DNA of 64,000 nt from Catajapyx aquilonaris (lineage: Eukaryota), in NCBI GenBank assembly GCA_000934665.2, contig KZ538048.1, forward strand, positions 1 to 64,000, read 5' to 3'. Position numbers and translations under genes: made by a program. Below the pieces are notes generated by a model. The model was given only the letters and a program-made list of their open reading frames with translations. It searched no databases and was not told the origin of the DNA. Below, in pieces: positions 23,101 to 39,100 of the stretch; position 1 is the stretch's first letter; each line of letters starts with the position of its first letter.

Positions 23101-26100
23101 GATTCTGCCAACCAACCAGAATTAATTGGGTTGGGCCATTCCGAGCTACCCCCGGCAACTCAATGAGGAAATCACGTCCAGCAGTTTATGGGGATGTAAA
23201 AGCGGGCAGGTCTGATTTAGCCCACCACCCAAGCCACAAGAATTCTCAACAACAGCCAAGAAGGCTTCCGTTTTTTTTTGTTTTTTTTTTTGTCTTTTTC
23301 TGGGTAGTGTTCGGAGGGAATTTTCAGGGAAGGGCCAAATGCTGACGGTGCAAGGAAGGGAAACAGGCGAGCATAAATTTGTCTGGCAGCCACGCATGCA
23401 AAGCTCTAGTTCTCTTCCCCTTTTGCTGCTTCATCTGGACCCCTCTGTAGGGGGAAAGAGTGCAATGAAGGCGGCCATCTTGCTCCGGATCTCTTGATAG
23501 GTCTGGACCTCTACTACGGATAGGATGGAGAAAAAAAAAAGTAGAGGGAAAATTTGCCACTTTTTTGCTCCCCACACCAAATGGTGAACACGAAGGAGGA
23601 AGGGCTCGTTGAGAAAACACGCAGGGAATTCAAGGGGGGGGTTAGGGACACCCCTCGAGACCTCTGCTGGGCAAAAGGGGGAAGTTTTCTGAGGAACAAT
23701 GTCGTTCTTTGTGAAGGGCTCCAAGACGGGCCATCCAGATTCCACGCTTCATTGGTCAGACCCATAAATTATGCATCTCGAAACATCCACGTCCGGTAAT
23801 GGCAACTGACACTTGGAATTTAATGAGGCTTTTATTTTAGGATTCGGTATAGGGGGGGCCAGACGAGATTGAAATCCGGACCGTGCATTATGCATGTGTG
23901 CTAGTTAAAATTATTTTTTGAGCTGTTTATCTTTTAGGGGCTGGACCCCACTGGTCGATGCGCCAAAAGTGCGCAAAAGGCTTGACACGCTATAGGGTGT
24001 ATGCGCTGGGCCTTTTATTTCATTATTCTCTGTTTATCATCCGCATTGTCTGAGCAACTATCCGTAACGCGACGTCCAAAGCAACGTTTCATTCCATTTA
24101 GCTCCAGAATTGCTCTATTTATCAAAGGTTGTCTAGTAAAGTAGGTTTTCTAATGGAGAGAAATTGCTTTTGTTGTAGTCGATGTTCTCAGCAGGAGATA
24201 AATTTCTTTAATCCTGTAATCCATTTTTTCGCAAATAGTACCAAATGAGTAAAACCATTAGCCTATTTTGTTGGAAGGTGTTTTTTTTTAAAAAAACGAT
24301 AAGGTATGGCCAAATATCGATTGCGACATATTTTGAGAATTTTCCTTTTTAATGACATTTTGAAAGTTTCATCGCGGCTGCTTCTTTTTGTGTCGTACAT
24401 TTGCTTCCCCGAGGCCGGTTTTCTGTCAGACTAAAACAAGCAGTTTATCAGAATTATGTACACAGAGGGGCTTGCTTCCCTCTGCCCCGGAGCATCACTT
24501 TTCCACTTCCTGCCCTACATGACATCAATTAAACATTCAAGGTATACGAGGTACACAACAAAACTTTAAACTCTTCGAAATGAGAATATGCACCCACAAG
24601 GACAATATCCTTCCAAAACTTTAAACTAACTCTCATTAGTTATCCAGAAATGAAGACTTTGAAGCGAGAAGGATCGAAGACACTTTAGAAGCAGAAGGAG
24701 AGAAAAAAAAGAAAAGAAAGTTCCCTCAGGATGAGTCTTTAGACTACAAGTTGTCAAGTCCTTTTCCTTTCAACTTGAGTAAAAATCCCCAAAGCATGGT
24801 AGACAAGAGAGAGTGTAGTGCCCCAGGTCCGAACGGCTTTCCGCCAACTGGCAAGGGGCCTCTTACGCACCCAGAGAAAATAACGTATCGTGAGGCAAAA
24901 GGCTCTCAAAAATCGGGTGGTGTCACCTCGCGGTCACGTTGTGGTGGATATGGCATTCGCATGCTCGGCGAAGTCTCACTTGCTACTAGAAAAAAAACAC
25001 AAAAAAACAACACAAAAAACACAAAAAAATACTAGGCTTTAATTTATTGATGGAACTGTTCGCAACCGTCTCGTGCAAAGTTTTGGAATTTGAATTATTC
25101 AAAAGTGTTCAAAGTTTGTGGGGCTGCACGGATAGTCTTTACTTTGAGCTTATATACGACCAAGAAGGGTGGTGCTGGGAATAAGGGGTGGGAAAAGAAG
25201 CTGGGGGGCGGGGGGTTCTAAGGGGAAAAAAACGTGCGGACGCCCCCCTTCATTCCACCGCAAACCTTCCATTCACGTCTTCCATGGCTAAGGAAGAGCT
25301 CGAATCTAAAAATATCGGCGCCACCTCCCAAACTCTCCTGTTTACTTTCTTTGCTGGATATGGGGGCCGTAACCTCCCAGACACAGGGCTCAAGAATGGA
25401 AGTTGTTTTTTGACTCCCCTATGTTTTTGCAATTTGGTGCTGTTCAGTTTTTGCAGAGGGGGGGGGGGGGTGATAGAGCAGAAGGGCTCCCCACAATTCA
25501 TCCAACCCTGCCCGTTGCTCAGTGCAATCTCTTCGTGATGATGTGTTTAGACCACGCCCTTGGCAATATTCGCTAGGTAAATATTGTCGCAAACGTTGGG
25601 AGTGGCAGTTAATTAAAGTGCTTGATGGTAGCAATGTAGCTCTGCTTACACTCCAGGATGATAAGCAAACTGATGATTTGCGCATTCTCGATTTCCCCGA
25701 CAAAAGCCTGATTCCTCCCATTTGTTCGGTTTAATTAGTGCGGAATCAAACCATAGATCACAATGTAGCCGGCGTGATGTATGAGTGCCTCATTGCACTC
25801 CGCCTCTTTTGGCAACCACACCTCCAAAGTTTTCTAGCCCGCTCGTTTAAATCAATGAAGAGTCGTTTCCGACGAATTACCGTCGCTTTATAATTCGGAT
25901 CAAGTTGGGATGTGACTGAATAGATGTAGGCCTACACGGAGCGCCCAGACTAAATTCCATAACGACAACTGAGCGTCAAAATCCGACCAGATCTACATAA
26001 TAGGCCATAAATGCATGAAGTTAAATATTTGGCCCGGGGAGGGACTCCAGCGATATTCGGCCAATCGATAGGCGGCTATGCAAAACTCTGTAATTACCTA

Positions 26101-27174
26101 GTGCGACGCACTAACACACTCAATTATATTATTTCACCCGGCAATTTCTGAGTTTGTCGACTGTACTAGTCCGGCGCCCCTGGATCCGTTGACATTCACT
26201 GGGCAAACATTGGTACTAATGAAATTAGGCCTCTGCTCCACATACAGTACATATTGCGGCCTATTTGGTATCGCCAGCAAACTGGCCATACGCTCAACTT
26301 GCATTCGGCAAGGCTTCCTCATTATTGACCCCCCCCCCCTCCACCGACATTCATTGCCTCAAAGCTAAATCCATGCAAATCGTTCATTTATGCGAAAACC
26401 CCTAGCTAGAGACCAAATGATCCAGTCCCTGATTCATTCACATGTCGGATGCGTTTAAAATGGGTGGCACGTAGACAATTTTTTTTATATCCAGAATAAA
26501 AAAAAGGGAAAAGGAGTTGAGATAGCGGACATTTTGTAGGAAATTATGCTCCTAATCCAGGCTTGTATTATGAATGTTCCGAGTCTATCTGCAATTCCAT
26601 CTTGAACCAGGATATGGGGAGGGTTTTTTAAAATATAAAAAAGAGGAAACGTCTAGTGGATATTGTTACGGCACCAGGAAGGAATTATTTATAGCCGAAT
26701 GGTCCCCCTGGCTTGTACACTGTATTTTGACTAGATGATCGCTGGAGCAACTCTGAAAGATCTCCAGCTCATTTCCTCTCTGATAAGCTTTTTCCCCTTT
26801 TCCGAAATTCTCTTCCTCCCTGGGCTTCATGTCGCTTCCAATTTGGCGTCCGTTAGACCCGGTGAAGCATACGCTATGACCCATACTCTCCTCGCGAAAT
26901 AGGCCACCCTTACATTTGGAATGTAAATGAAGGATGCCCAGTGTGCCTTTCATCTGACGACCCTCCCCTTTCATATATATAATTTTTTTCTTCTTTTACT
27001 CCCTCATCTCCACCATTTGCACAGAGCTCCCTGCATAATATACCCGTCATTCCAGGGAATATTAAATATGCGGGTAGATAGGGTCAGGGTTAAGTAGTCC
27101 TCCTTTAGTCCTGTGTGGCGCAATGGGGTCAGAAGGGAAGTGTTTCGATTAATTTTTTATTCGTTTGTCAATGT

Positions 27175-27188
27175 CGCCATCTAGTGGC
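27175..27188 (-). promoter_or_regulatory. CTCF-like motif
   Basis: Minus strand GCCACTAGATGGCG is close to the CTCF core consensus; motif match only. Confidence 0.4.
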
Positions 27189-30100
27189 AAAGGACCAGCG
27201 GCTAGAGCCAGCCCCAGAAGAAGAAAAAAAAATAGAAAGGGAGAAAAGAGAAGAATGGTTTCTCGCGGTATCCCGTGATTAAACTCAAAGGCAATGTTTG
27301 TAGACATTTCCACGACTCTGGCCGCGACAGCCCGACCAATGCGACCGTCCTAAATGAAAAATTCAGGACGGCAATTTGCACTTCCCTGGCATGTATTGGC
27401 ATTTTGAGCCGTCCGTTTTCAATTCCGCACTTTCGGAGAAGTGGGGGGTGGGGGGATGCCTTCAGTCCCAAATTATGCCAAAATGGCACATTCTAAATCT
27501 AATCTAAAGTTGTGGCGAGTTGGAAGAGGAAAAAGAACTTTTTATCCGCAATGGTTGCTTTGATGGCTGGCAGAGAACAAAAGCATACTAATGCATGCAT
27601 GAGACCTTTATCAAGCAACCTAGAGAAAAGGAAAGGATACATGTTCAGAGTGCCGGTTCCTTTATACATGATGATCCGTTCAGACTGGGGCTGACTTTAC
27701 AATCTATTAGTGATTTCTCATCACTATGTAACGAGGCTATTAACTCTCAAATTCCGTTTTAGTCTACGTGATACACCAGAGGGGATGATGGTGGGAGGAA
27801 TATTGTGAAGAAGCCTTAGGGGAACGAAAAGCCAGCCAAGTTTTTTTTTTTTATCAAGCTTCAGGCACAAAAACTCTCTAGCACACTAGCCTGTCCATCA
27901 CTCTATAATCAGATTATCTCCCTGAATGTTAATTGCACAGTTTCGTTCCTTGCATTCAAGAGCAGCTTTAACCACTAACAGCGATCTGAGGGTATTGTTA
28001 TATAGTTTACAAGGTCTTGGATTATTTACAAGGTCACGATTTTCCTTTCTAATAGGTTAATTGAAGGGATGAGTCTGGAATGAGTTTTTCCCTTCTAAAA
28101 AGGAGTAAACAAGCACATTTTGCTGTAAGAACAATGCGCATTGTAATAGGGATCGGTACACACTGTTTCCTCCAACCAATTTTCTACCACTTTGTCCTAT
28201 GCCGCCTGCAGGATCAAGATTCGGACCTAACTTTTTCCAGCCCAAGATTCTCCCGAGTTTTGTCGACCGGAACAAAAAAAAAGTGAGAGAAAGACGAATA
28301 GCATCGTCTTCCCAATTTGCCGGTGGAATCACTATACCCTCTGGCACAAAGCCTTGGCAACTGTCGCAAACAAGCCCTTCAATGCAAATGATAGCCGTTC
28401 CCTCCACGTTTAACGCCTGTCCAGTTGGGACGAATGGTCCGATTGCCGCAGTCCGACGATCCGCCAAGATCATGTGGCAACATACGAATGACAACTCTTC
28501 CAGATTCTTCAGGAGACTTTCGGGTTCACTTCTTTTTTTTTTTAGTGTTATACTCGGAGACCATCGACCCGCACCATCGCGATCGACCTCCCCTTTTCCT
28601 CGAGCCCAAAATGGGTCACAGTTTGTCCGAAGACGAGCTGATATGAGAAGAAGGTATATAAAGAAGGTGAGGGAAAAAAAGGCCAAGGGGCAATCCTGGA
28701 CCGACAGCAGGTGTACATGCTTGGGTGAAATATGAGGCACCTCTTCACGTCATTTCCATTTTGAACGGCCCCACTTTCCCAGGCGCAATCTTCAGTTTGA
28801 GTGCTTCATTCGCCATTTTTAGTCCGTGTCGAGCCCCTCTTATTACACCCTTTCGTCTCTCATTTATGTCTCTTTGCAGACTCGTTTTCTAGCCGAGTGT
28901 TTTTTTTTTTCTCACTTTTAGGCTAGATGTGTACATTGCGCGTGAATTTGGCTGTACCTTCAAGGCTTCTTTTTTTTTTCATTGTTCCGGATCCAAAGGG
29001 TCGAAAGAGGATTCATGCCAAGGTTGTTTAAAATTATAGAATTTCGTTGGCCCGTGTCGACCTTCAACCAGCCTCGTACACGGTCTCTCAAGCGTCTCTT
29101 TTTCTGAACGTTGCACCAGGGTTTGCGGCGAATGAGGTTAAACTCCACCGCCGGCGCCGATTATTTGCCTGTCCGGAACCGTGGTAGTTAAAACCACGGC
29201 CACGTCTCCCTAGTGATTCTTGGCTCCTCTATTATTCAGCCTATAGTTGCCCCGTAGCCCCCCCCCTTCTCTCTCTCTCGTGGGTGATTTATAGTCTGAA
29301 TTTTTTGGGCGGCAAGGGGATTGTGTCTCGAAGGAGGAGCACACACAAAAAAAGGACGTAATCCTGAAAATGCCGAAGAAAAAGTGATGGACGTCGCTTC
29401 ATCATACGCGTCTCAAAAAAAAATATATAGGATACATACGATATCATGTGGTTGAAAGATTCATTCGGTTTGGGGGTATGGGCATTGATTGGTTTATTTT
29501 TGGTTACCCCAAATCGATGGGCTACTGAAAGTCCAATAGAGTCTGATCATGAGAGTGTAAAATGGTTCGGAAATGTAAGTTATTGCTTTCCGTGTGGGAA
29601 AACAATTTTCAGGAAGGGTTATTGCGTATGGTGACCACGTTTTAAGAGCAATTTGCATTCTAGACCGATAGCTTCAGGCGGCATAGTCTGGAACAAAGAT
29701 GTCACTGCGTATGTAGAAGTTGACTGACAGCGACTTTAAAAAATAATAATAATAATTTGCAACTCCTATGCCTATACCGACTATTTCCTTTTCCAGACCA
29801 GGCACCCTCTCCACCACTTTTCCGGCACTCGTAATTCAACTCAGATAACTGTTATGGATGGGCAAAAGCACGTTTCCATTCTTCAGAAAGAGGGAGCATT
29901 TGTCCGAGAGTCGTTTCGGGAGTTTTCAGATTCGTTTATCACTAAGGCGATTATTTTCAGGAAGTTGCCGTCATTTTGGTTTTATGCAGTTAAAGTTAGG
30001 GAGGGCCACACAGCGTTTTGACACTCTTTTTCTGCAGCCGCCACCTTCAAAAGGATGGAACAATAGTTTCTGCGGTGCTGCTGGGAAAGGTAATTTTATC

Positions 30101-33100
30101 CAACTCTTTCCACTCGTGTCGGAGTCATTTTAGGGCTTATTCCTGTCACGGTTGACTCGAGTAAGAACAACAACTTAAAACCCGCTTTTGGACCAGACCT
30201 TCTCCAAAATGCTACCAGCTTCAAATCTGCGCAATTATTCAATTTACCCAATGGGATAGCAGATTTCGTTGAGCAATTTTGCCACGGGCTCGGATCTAGC
30301 CGCGATTCAATTACATTTTTTTTGGAGAGGATGAGGGGGGGAAAGGTGGAAAAAAGCGATCCAGTTTCAGACTCCTTCGGCTATACTTCGAGTCTGGAAA
30401 GAAATCCCATTTGTATCGTTTGCTTTTAGAATCATTACAATGATTTTCTACTCATTTATATCGGTCCCAAAAGAACGTTTCATATTCAGAGGCCTAGAGG
30501 TTTCCAATTCTCTGTACTAGCCTATAGCTGGGAAAGCTTTGTGAGTGGCAGATACTGTAACTTCTGGTGCAGCCTGTAATCCCCCATCTAGGGTGCCCAG
30601 GTCGAACCGATCCTTTCTAGTCTCCTTTAGCATTCTGCAACACAAATGCCAGGGCAAAAGGAGGAAGAAAATCTATACGAAATGCCAAGGCCAGCAACTC
30701 TGTTTGAAATATGCTGAGAATAATGACTCCAGATGCAAAGGATTTAGCCAAAAGTCTGCGGATTCGTTCCCGCTCGGAATATCAAAGGCTACCCCCTCTT
30801 TCTTGTCGAATTGTTCTCATAGCCTGGCAAAAAAAAAAGGTGGAACACGAGGAAAAGAAGCCTGTAGGCTGATGGAATAATGGTATCTGAAGGAAGCATC
30901 AGTAAGGAGGGGGCTAGTTGCTCATTTATAGGAGATGGGAGGCATATTGCTTTCTGGAGTCTCTTCTTCCTGGTCTTTTCTTCAAGTATAGGATGGCGTG
31001 AGGAGAAGCCATGTTTCATGTGCAGCAGACGTCCTCCGAGGGCCGCTCGCCAACTCCCAGCTTCATACGGGGACGTTTCCAATGATACATGAAGGGCACT
31101 CCAGACTTTCGAGTGCAGAGAGGCGGGGTTCAGCCAGCAGTTTGCCATTGTGGGCTTAATGCAGAGCTAATGCGCATAAATGTGGTTGGTTTCGAACCGT
31201 TACTTCCTGACGTTTTCACGCCTGAGATGGGATTCTATGCTTTCTAATTTAAGCAGCACAGTGTGTGATATATTGTTGGCTGTTGCTGTATAGCCCTGCA
31301 GGGTGGTGCAATTGAAATATCCTAGGGGGGAATGTGCAAAGTGCCGGTTATTACCTACACACTTGATCAAGCTGTACAGCAATAGTGGGGGCCTGCCAAT
31401 TACTCTTTGTCAGGCGGGAAAACTGGCCCGCTCTGTATAGCCCCGGAGTCGTTTCAAATTCAAAACATCAACTGTCATATAGATTCATACCGATCATTTG
31501 CCCGTGACACAGGGCGATACAGTATACGCCTGTTTTTTATTGCGTTATAAAAGCCAGGCATTAGAAGCAAACAACTTGGCATGCCTGACATGCCATCCTG
31601 TCGGATAGACACACAGTGTTTGACCGTGTGATGAACCGGTTGAGTCACAGAACGACATAAAACAATTTCATGCCTGTCACGCCGAACAACCAACCAAAAA
31701 AATATTTCGCCACCGGCAAAATGGGCCAAATTCCACCCGAATCCCTATCAATGTCCACAATTAGCAGTGGAGGAAGAAATGTCTCAGCCTGGCCCAAAAC
31801 TCCAGTCATTCAATTATCTGGGCGTTAATATAGCTGGAGGAGTTGCAGCCTGCATGAGTAAGAAGGTGGCTTTGCGAGTTGGAACGCTATTAAGCGCATC
31901 ATTGAAAAGGAGACGTGGGTTGGCGATTGAAGGAGAGTGGGCCGAGAAGGAATGTCTTGCACCAGAGAGAACTGGAGAAATTCAACATAGCCCACCCCCT
32001 TCAAAGCGGGTCTTCTGTTCGGAAGAGACGAGGGTGAGATCCTTTGAGCACTGACACATGACTACCTCACTTCCTTGCTCGTGGCGTTGTCACCTTGTGT
32101 AGGTGAATATCTTGCCCTCTCTCTTTGTTCTAGGAAGGCCCATTCTATACAAGGTAGAGAGAGACCGCACCGCAATTGCTTTAATATTGCATTGTCAAAG
32201 GAATCATATGCCGCTGAACTCTCTTGTCGGAGGCCGCAAACGAGATTTTCTACCAGCAAGACTCCGGGAGTAGTAAGAATAAGAGGAAAGATGGGAAGAA
32301 GAAGAAGAAAAAAGTTTGAAACTTTCAAGAAAGTTTGCAGGTTCTGCAGAAATGGACTCGCCTTCTCGGGGACAAAGAGAGGAAAAATAATAATGTCTCC
32401 ATATTGATTTGTTATGGTTCTGCTGGTAGCTTTTCTGCATTTTCTCCAGCACAGGCTTAATTGGATAAGAAGGCCCGTTAGTGCCCGAAGCAGCTGTTAC
32501 ACTTGCACGTTTCTCACCCTCTTTTTTTTCTTCTGAAAAAAAAAGAAGTTTTCGCAAGAAGAGAGGGTTGCCCTTCCTTCCCGGGTTGGAAGAAACCCAG
32601 TATTGACCGAGGAAAAATAAAGAGGCAGGAGGATTTGCAGAAGTTAGCCACCAAACTCCCTGCCAATAAATCCACGTCCAGTGAGGGATCGATTTAATCT
32701 CTCAATAGAAGCAGGTCATGGCATAAAACTGGGCTGACACATAAATTTTACAATCCGCAAAGTACTTCCCGGTTTGGTCGAACAAGCAACTCATCCGACA
32801 CTTGAATGAATCGTTTGGGGTGTGATTTTGCTGCGAGTCCACCATAAACGTCCTACCGTACCGTCTCCTAGTTCACAGTCAAGCAATTGGAAAAGAGGAG
32901 GCTTTTGAGTGGTGCCTAGGGGCAATACCCTGGTTCAAGTACCGACACTATTGCGCTTTCCCATCCAGTTGATGCCGACTGTCTAATCCCAAGCACTGCG
33001 CGAAATACTAGTAATTGAAATCCGTTTTTTGGGGGGGTCCGGAATATCCATGGTTTTTTTTTTTTTTCATTTTTGAGCTTCTTTACACGTAATTTTTTCA

Positions 33101-36100
33101 TGGCGGTGCAAACATTCGGCGAACCCGGACGCATAATATAGTGATTTATACGGTGGGATACGGAAAAAATACGGGAGCTGGGAAGGCCTCGCAGAGTGCA
33201 AAAACAATATGCTGTAATTTAGTTATGGCGGTATTTCAATGTTGCTAATGGAGTAACAGCATATCCCATGCGTCAAAATGTACCACCGGTACGGTAATTC
33301 GTTTGTTTCGAGCTTTCAGAGAGAAACATACTAGCATTCCGCCCATCGAGCACTCGTTGAACAATTCCAAATATAATGGTTACACCAAGTATTTTTAGCG
33401 CATAGTTTTGCAAACGCACGTGTCCACTGGGAACATTTTTTTTAAAGGTTGCCAACCCTCATCGTTTTCCCATGATCTCGAACTGTATGTAAACGAACTC
33501 GACATCCGTCCTCGTAATATGAGCCACTGGCTAATGAAAATGCCAATAAAATCATCCTTCAGTCGGAATGTCATAGTTACACCATCCGACTCCGACTCCT
33601 GTGGTAATGGTGATCAACGTCCATCGGCCCCTCTATATACCGCCACCCTCTCTAACATTATTGTCATTCAACACGGCGGATTTCACGCATTTAATATGCC
33701 GACTGCAATACCTTCGGCGTCAGACTCGAGTAATGCCTGTTCGTGCATTGGAAAGACAAGCGACAGGTATTCCAAAGTCTATTCCAGTAGCTTCCGTAGC
33801 GGGAACTAGAATCAGACAAAACTTAGTAGCTCGATTCCTTCAGCACACCGACAAATCTCTAAGGATTATACCCAGTGTATATGGAATGCCGTGTAAAATT
33901 TCTGAAGCCCCTGCAAGGGTGGTCTAAAGCTTAGGAACAAATGCGACAAACGGTAAAACCTGGGCGCGAAGACACCCCTCCTCTGCCTTGAGTTATCGCC
34001 GCAGGAATTCAAGGGCTGGTTGGATTGCTAGGGAAAAAAGCAGTGGTTGGGACAATGGGATACGACGACCCAACGTCCTTGGTATCTGACTGTCCTCTAT
34101 TTCAGGATTAGTTTTCCTCCGGACCCTCCATCACCCGGAGACCATTGTGGGGGCTTCTACTATCGATTGCGTCACCTACCAAGTCGCATCGTGGGTCTTA
34201 GAGGTCATTTACTTGGGATTAGGCCAGTAGCCTATTATTCCATGTTTAAAACGTGCTCGGGTCGCTTAATTAGACGTGGGACTGGCCGGCACAACTCTAC
34301 AACAACTGCGCCGAGTAATGTGTACCTCGTTCAGATAGGATCTATTGTCGTTGTTACATGGCCTCAAATAATGTGGGCTCAAGGCTTAAACAAAAGAGTA
34401 GGAGAGGATGGCCCCACGGAGTAGTCGTTAGGAAACAAGTAATGGATCTTCCACGTGGCTTGCACACTAGAAAATTGTACGGTTACTGAACTTGGGGCTG
34501 CCCCAAGAATTCTTGACACAATAGCTCATGTCATCAAAGATAATAGGGGAAGCTGGAAGGATCATTGATTAGCCGCCCATTTCCCTGACGGACCAAATTA
34601 ACGGCCGCAAATCGTATGTGAAGAACGTAAATGACGAGTGCTCTCCAATTTGCATATTATCAATCTCTTGAAAGTTGAATCGGAAAAAGTGGGTTGGTCA
34701 GATTTTTTTTTGTGTGTGTGTGTGGGGGGGGGGGNGGGGGGGGGGGGGGGTGAGCCCCTCCAGTCCTTTTGGAGAGCTCCACAAAGTAATTACTCCTTTA
34801 GGGAAGAAAAGTTGCATCGGCTCTGGGGCCAGTACAATAATCCAAGACATGGCGAACGGCGAAGGCAGTGAAAGGGTATCGAGTAGCTATTATTCGCAAC
34901 TCTCCCAAGATCGATTGGGGGGATTGAAGCGGGATGAAACTCTCCTTCTTGGGCTGGAAGGATCGTGGAGCTTAACAAGGGAGTTGGACAACCTCCGAAT
35001 CTCTTCCTAGCAAACTTTGCTGGGCAATGAGACCTCTCCGAAGGACTTTGCAAGTGTAATCTGGGTGTTGGAAATGCCTCGAGGGCACAATAAATTATCG
35101 ATTTTGAACTCTTCATTAGACCTAGGCAGCCTCCGAGTGTGGGGCAACCAGCTGGAAATTTCGCAAGGTCTTTAGCATGACCAGATTTTCAAGGGCTTAT
35201 TTTCTCATTTTCAAAAGGAATTTTTTAAAATATTAATCAGCCTTGATTGAGAATTGAGAGCAAGAAGCAGCTGAGCATGTGACCTCGACCTTGACCCATT
35301 GCCTAAGGGGGAACAGCTCCTTTTCATTCCAATCCGTTGTGCATCTGGTTTGACTGGATGCCGTCGGATGGTATTCAACCGTGTACAACTTTTTGCCTGT
35401 CACACGGTGTAATACCACTGCAGATTGTTCGATACCAGAGTGACTGAGGGCACAGGAATTGTCCAATTTGTAGCGCGGAAAGAGCTTTCTCGTTATTTTC
35501 ATGCCTCATTATGCTTATCCCACATTCCTGTGACGAACAGATAATATTTCACAAATTCAGTGGGCGATATCTGCGGTGAACACAATGCGAACAGAACACA
35601 GGACAAGCCCGGAAAGTTCCCAGTTGATCGGTTTACTGGATAGAAAAAAAAATCGACAAAAAATTGCGAGTATTCCACATCACAGCCACACCTTGTGTAA
35701 CCGAAGAGAGCACTCAACATAAGGGGGCATTCCTGAACGTTAGGACCGTTTTTGTAGCTCCCATTTTAATCACCACTACAGCCCAAACATAAACAGTGAT
35801 AAAAAAAATTTTAATGGTAAGTGACTGACAGGAAAAACAAATAAGTATGTCTGAATCAACGCATGAATGGACGCTTACCCTCTGGTAAAAGGCGCAGTCT
35901 AATCGTAAATAAAGAAAAGATCTGTTATGGGGGAGAAGCTTGAAGCCCAAAATGGCGCTTCCCGGAAAAAGGTTCTATAAATCAGAGAAAAAAACTAGAG
36001 GGGGGGGGGGGGTGGGGGGCAAGACCGTGATTCACATGGGGACCATCCCCCGATGCCAAATCACTTTATGACCCGAGAGAAAGCTCCGGTTATCACTAGG

Positions 36101-39100
36101 GCTACTCTCGAAATGTTTGTGGATCCGTGCCTCCAGCTCTAATGCAGACAGTAGCAATCACCAGCCATATCGCTCCCAGAACACTTCCAGAGGGCACGTC
36201 ATGATGAATTGCGCTACAGACTGCCTTGTGTTTCGGACCCCACACAGAATCAGGAAGCCATTCCCAATTAGACCCTCCGCCATCTTCCTTTTACGATTGT
36301 TTTCTCACGACACCTCCTTGGGGGTTGGATGTGGCAACCCTGAGTCTGGAACATGAAGGCACCGACGATGTGGCGTCGAGCTGGGGAAAGAACCCACAAT
36401 CCACTAGGGTTGAGGGGGACGGACTCTTGTCTCATCTACTCTATCATCTGAGGACTAATGTGTGCAAGTTCCCCCCATCCTTTGTTTTGCGTTCTTTCAC
36501 CCTCCCTCCCCCTCAGATTGTATTTCACCAGACTACGTATATATGAATGAAATTCAAACCTAAAATGTATACCATATATGCGGAAGAAATGGTAGTTGGT
36601 TGAACGGCCTGATGATCCGCAGCAATAGTTTTGCTTCCGCATCGTGTCAGCGCAAAGCACGTGGACGAATATAATTATGAAGCATGTGTGTGAGCCGTCA
36701 CGTTGGAATATGGCACGCATTTGTTAGGCCAGCAGCTAGGCAAACTTCATACATCATCCTTAAGAAGTGTGGAGGGGGATGAAAGGGCAATGAAGCACAT
36801 GTGCGTGATGCGTTAATTGCCATATTTTACCCCTTCGCTTCACAAATTGTGAGCTCAAGATGGGCGGATGACCTCGGTATGGATTTTCTAACCCCTAATA
36901 TCAAGAGTGAACGGTGATGAGTAAGAATCATAATGAGCTGCACGTCATCACTTGCAATAGGGTGTATTATTATTATTTATTATAATTAATAACAATAATA
37001 ATAAATATGCGTATTATTATAATTTTATTTCCGGCAGGTGGATACAAATGCCTTGATATTACTAACGGTCAAATCCACCTGTACTTTTTCACGGCATTTT
37101 GTATATTAGTCTGCAACAAGCTACAAACATGGGCTGCTACGGCAAAACGAAATCATTAGACTACCAGTACATAGAGGGGGGAAAAGTGCCAACTGGAAAA
37201 AGCAGCTTTTATGAGCAAGGAACAATATTCAAAGCCTGGTGGGCATACAGAGTATTTTTTCAAAAAAAAAACACACACACACACACCGGGGCCTATACAT
37301 CATTTTACTCCGAAAGTCAAAAGCTGTAATTACCTCTCCCAAAATCACCTGCCTCTTTTATTTTGCACTTTTTCCCCCTGAATGAAGTGCTTTGTTATGC
37401 AGTTGTAAATGCAATTAGCAGAATATCCGAGTCGTGTTTCAGAGCAATCGTGTTTTTTAACAACGGCCGTAACACCACAGGAGCACAGCAACCAAACATA
37501 ATCCGTTTAACTGCATTTGGAATAAAGAGGGCCGGATTATATCCACAAACAAACAAAACCGAACGGATATAATTGCTTCTTGCCATGGGTAATTCTATTC
37601 TCTCAGCGACCATACTTACCGTGTATTTATGGGCATTACGTTGAGGTTGCCTGCCGGGCATACCGTCTCTCTGGGCGCTTACACAATGCATACGTGCGTT
37701 GGCGCTGACTATAATCCGCATTTTCAGGCCAAACAACACAAAAACGGCAAAACACTCTTAGTATGATGATGGTGCTCGTCTACAAAAGAGGCTCGTAATG
37801 ACTTTTGTGATAAACATTTTAGGTATACCATGGCTGCTGTCAAGGGACAAGTTTTTTCCCCTTGGTAATGTTGTCACGTTAGATGTCGGTTTATAAACGA
37901 ACGATGTATCGTTATAGTTGATGTGTTTTATGAGCAAGGAAAAAAAACTTGCGCGGTTTATTTTTACGTCGGTCCATTCTCTCTGATGACTCTCGACTCC
38001 AACTATGTCAACAGTCAAGTCCTAAAATAGCAGGCGACGCAATATGTACGTGGCATGCAGTAGCATCGAGGAACTTGTGTCAATCCTTCAAGGTTCTTCC
38101 GCTTAGTCAATCCTCCTACGCCCCTCAATCCATAATCAACTCCTCTTATATTCCTCCAGTCATATCACGGCATAGGGAAACAAGCCATGTTTATTTATAG
38201 CCGGCCTGGAGGAAAATTATTGCTGTCATTACCGTATTCATTGCGCGGAGTTGATTTTGTAACGTCTGCTAGGCTAGATGCTGCAAGTGAACATTTTGAT
38301 TAAGGAGAATGCCGTAGGCGGACTGTGGAATAAGGAACACTGCAATTTGTGCATTTTGCTTCCTTCATTTATTCGCTTGCAACGAGGTCACTGCTTCATG
38401 GCGGGTAGGTGGGTGGTGATTCATGGAGATAGCCTCAGACAACATGGCGCTCCTAGTGGGTGGGTTTGTTTGAAGAGCACCAGCTATCTACCCTCGAGGT
38501 GAAACGGGACCTTGGTTGCTGAAGCAGGGTCAACTGAACCCACAGTGTCCTTAAAAACACACCTGTCTCCCCATGTTACATAAGACGCCTCTTTCAGGTA
38601 AACAGAAACCCACGTTAGACAAGGTAGACTAAACAGGAGTTTTGCAATGAGCCTCCACCCAACTTGATCCTTTTTTTAGAGCCGAATCTGGAATAGACGA
38701 TGCGTAAGGAATTTGGTAAAAGACGTCTGCGTCCTTTTAGTTAAAGGGAAGTCTTATCGACTTTTTTCCGTTTTTTTTTTTTCAAAAAAAAAATAAAAAA
38801 AATGTGGAATCGAAGCTTCGGGTACAAATTTTCCTTGCCAATAAGCTTGGGTCCATAGTTGCTTCCCGTGTGACGAATCCTCAGGAAACTTTGTCAGCCT
38901 CAGACTAGAAACTTGAGATTTGGCTAACCCAGTTAAGCCAGATTTGATGTCAGGAGGGGAAGTTGTATCTGTCTTGCCTGCCATCCTCATTTTTTTATAG
39001 CTTACATGTATATATTTTTTTTTTCTTCAAAAAGGAGGGGTAACTCAGGAGCTCTCTCGTCTCTTCTGCATCCAGCATAACTCGAGTTTGAAGAGTGCAT

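Noticed and set aside
28057..28740. 227-aa minus and 178-aa plus overlapping ORFs
   Set aside because: No recognisable motif or exon structure; homopolymer-derived F/K runs suggest chance ORFs.
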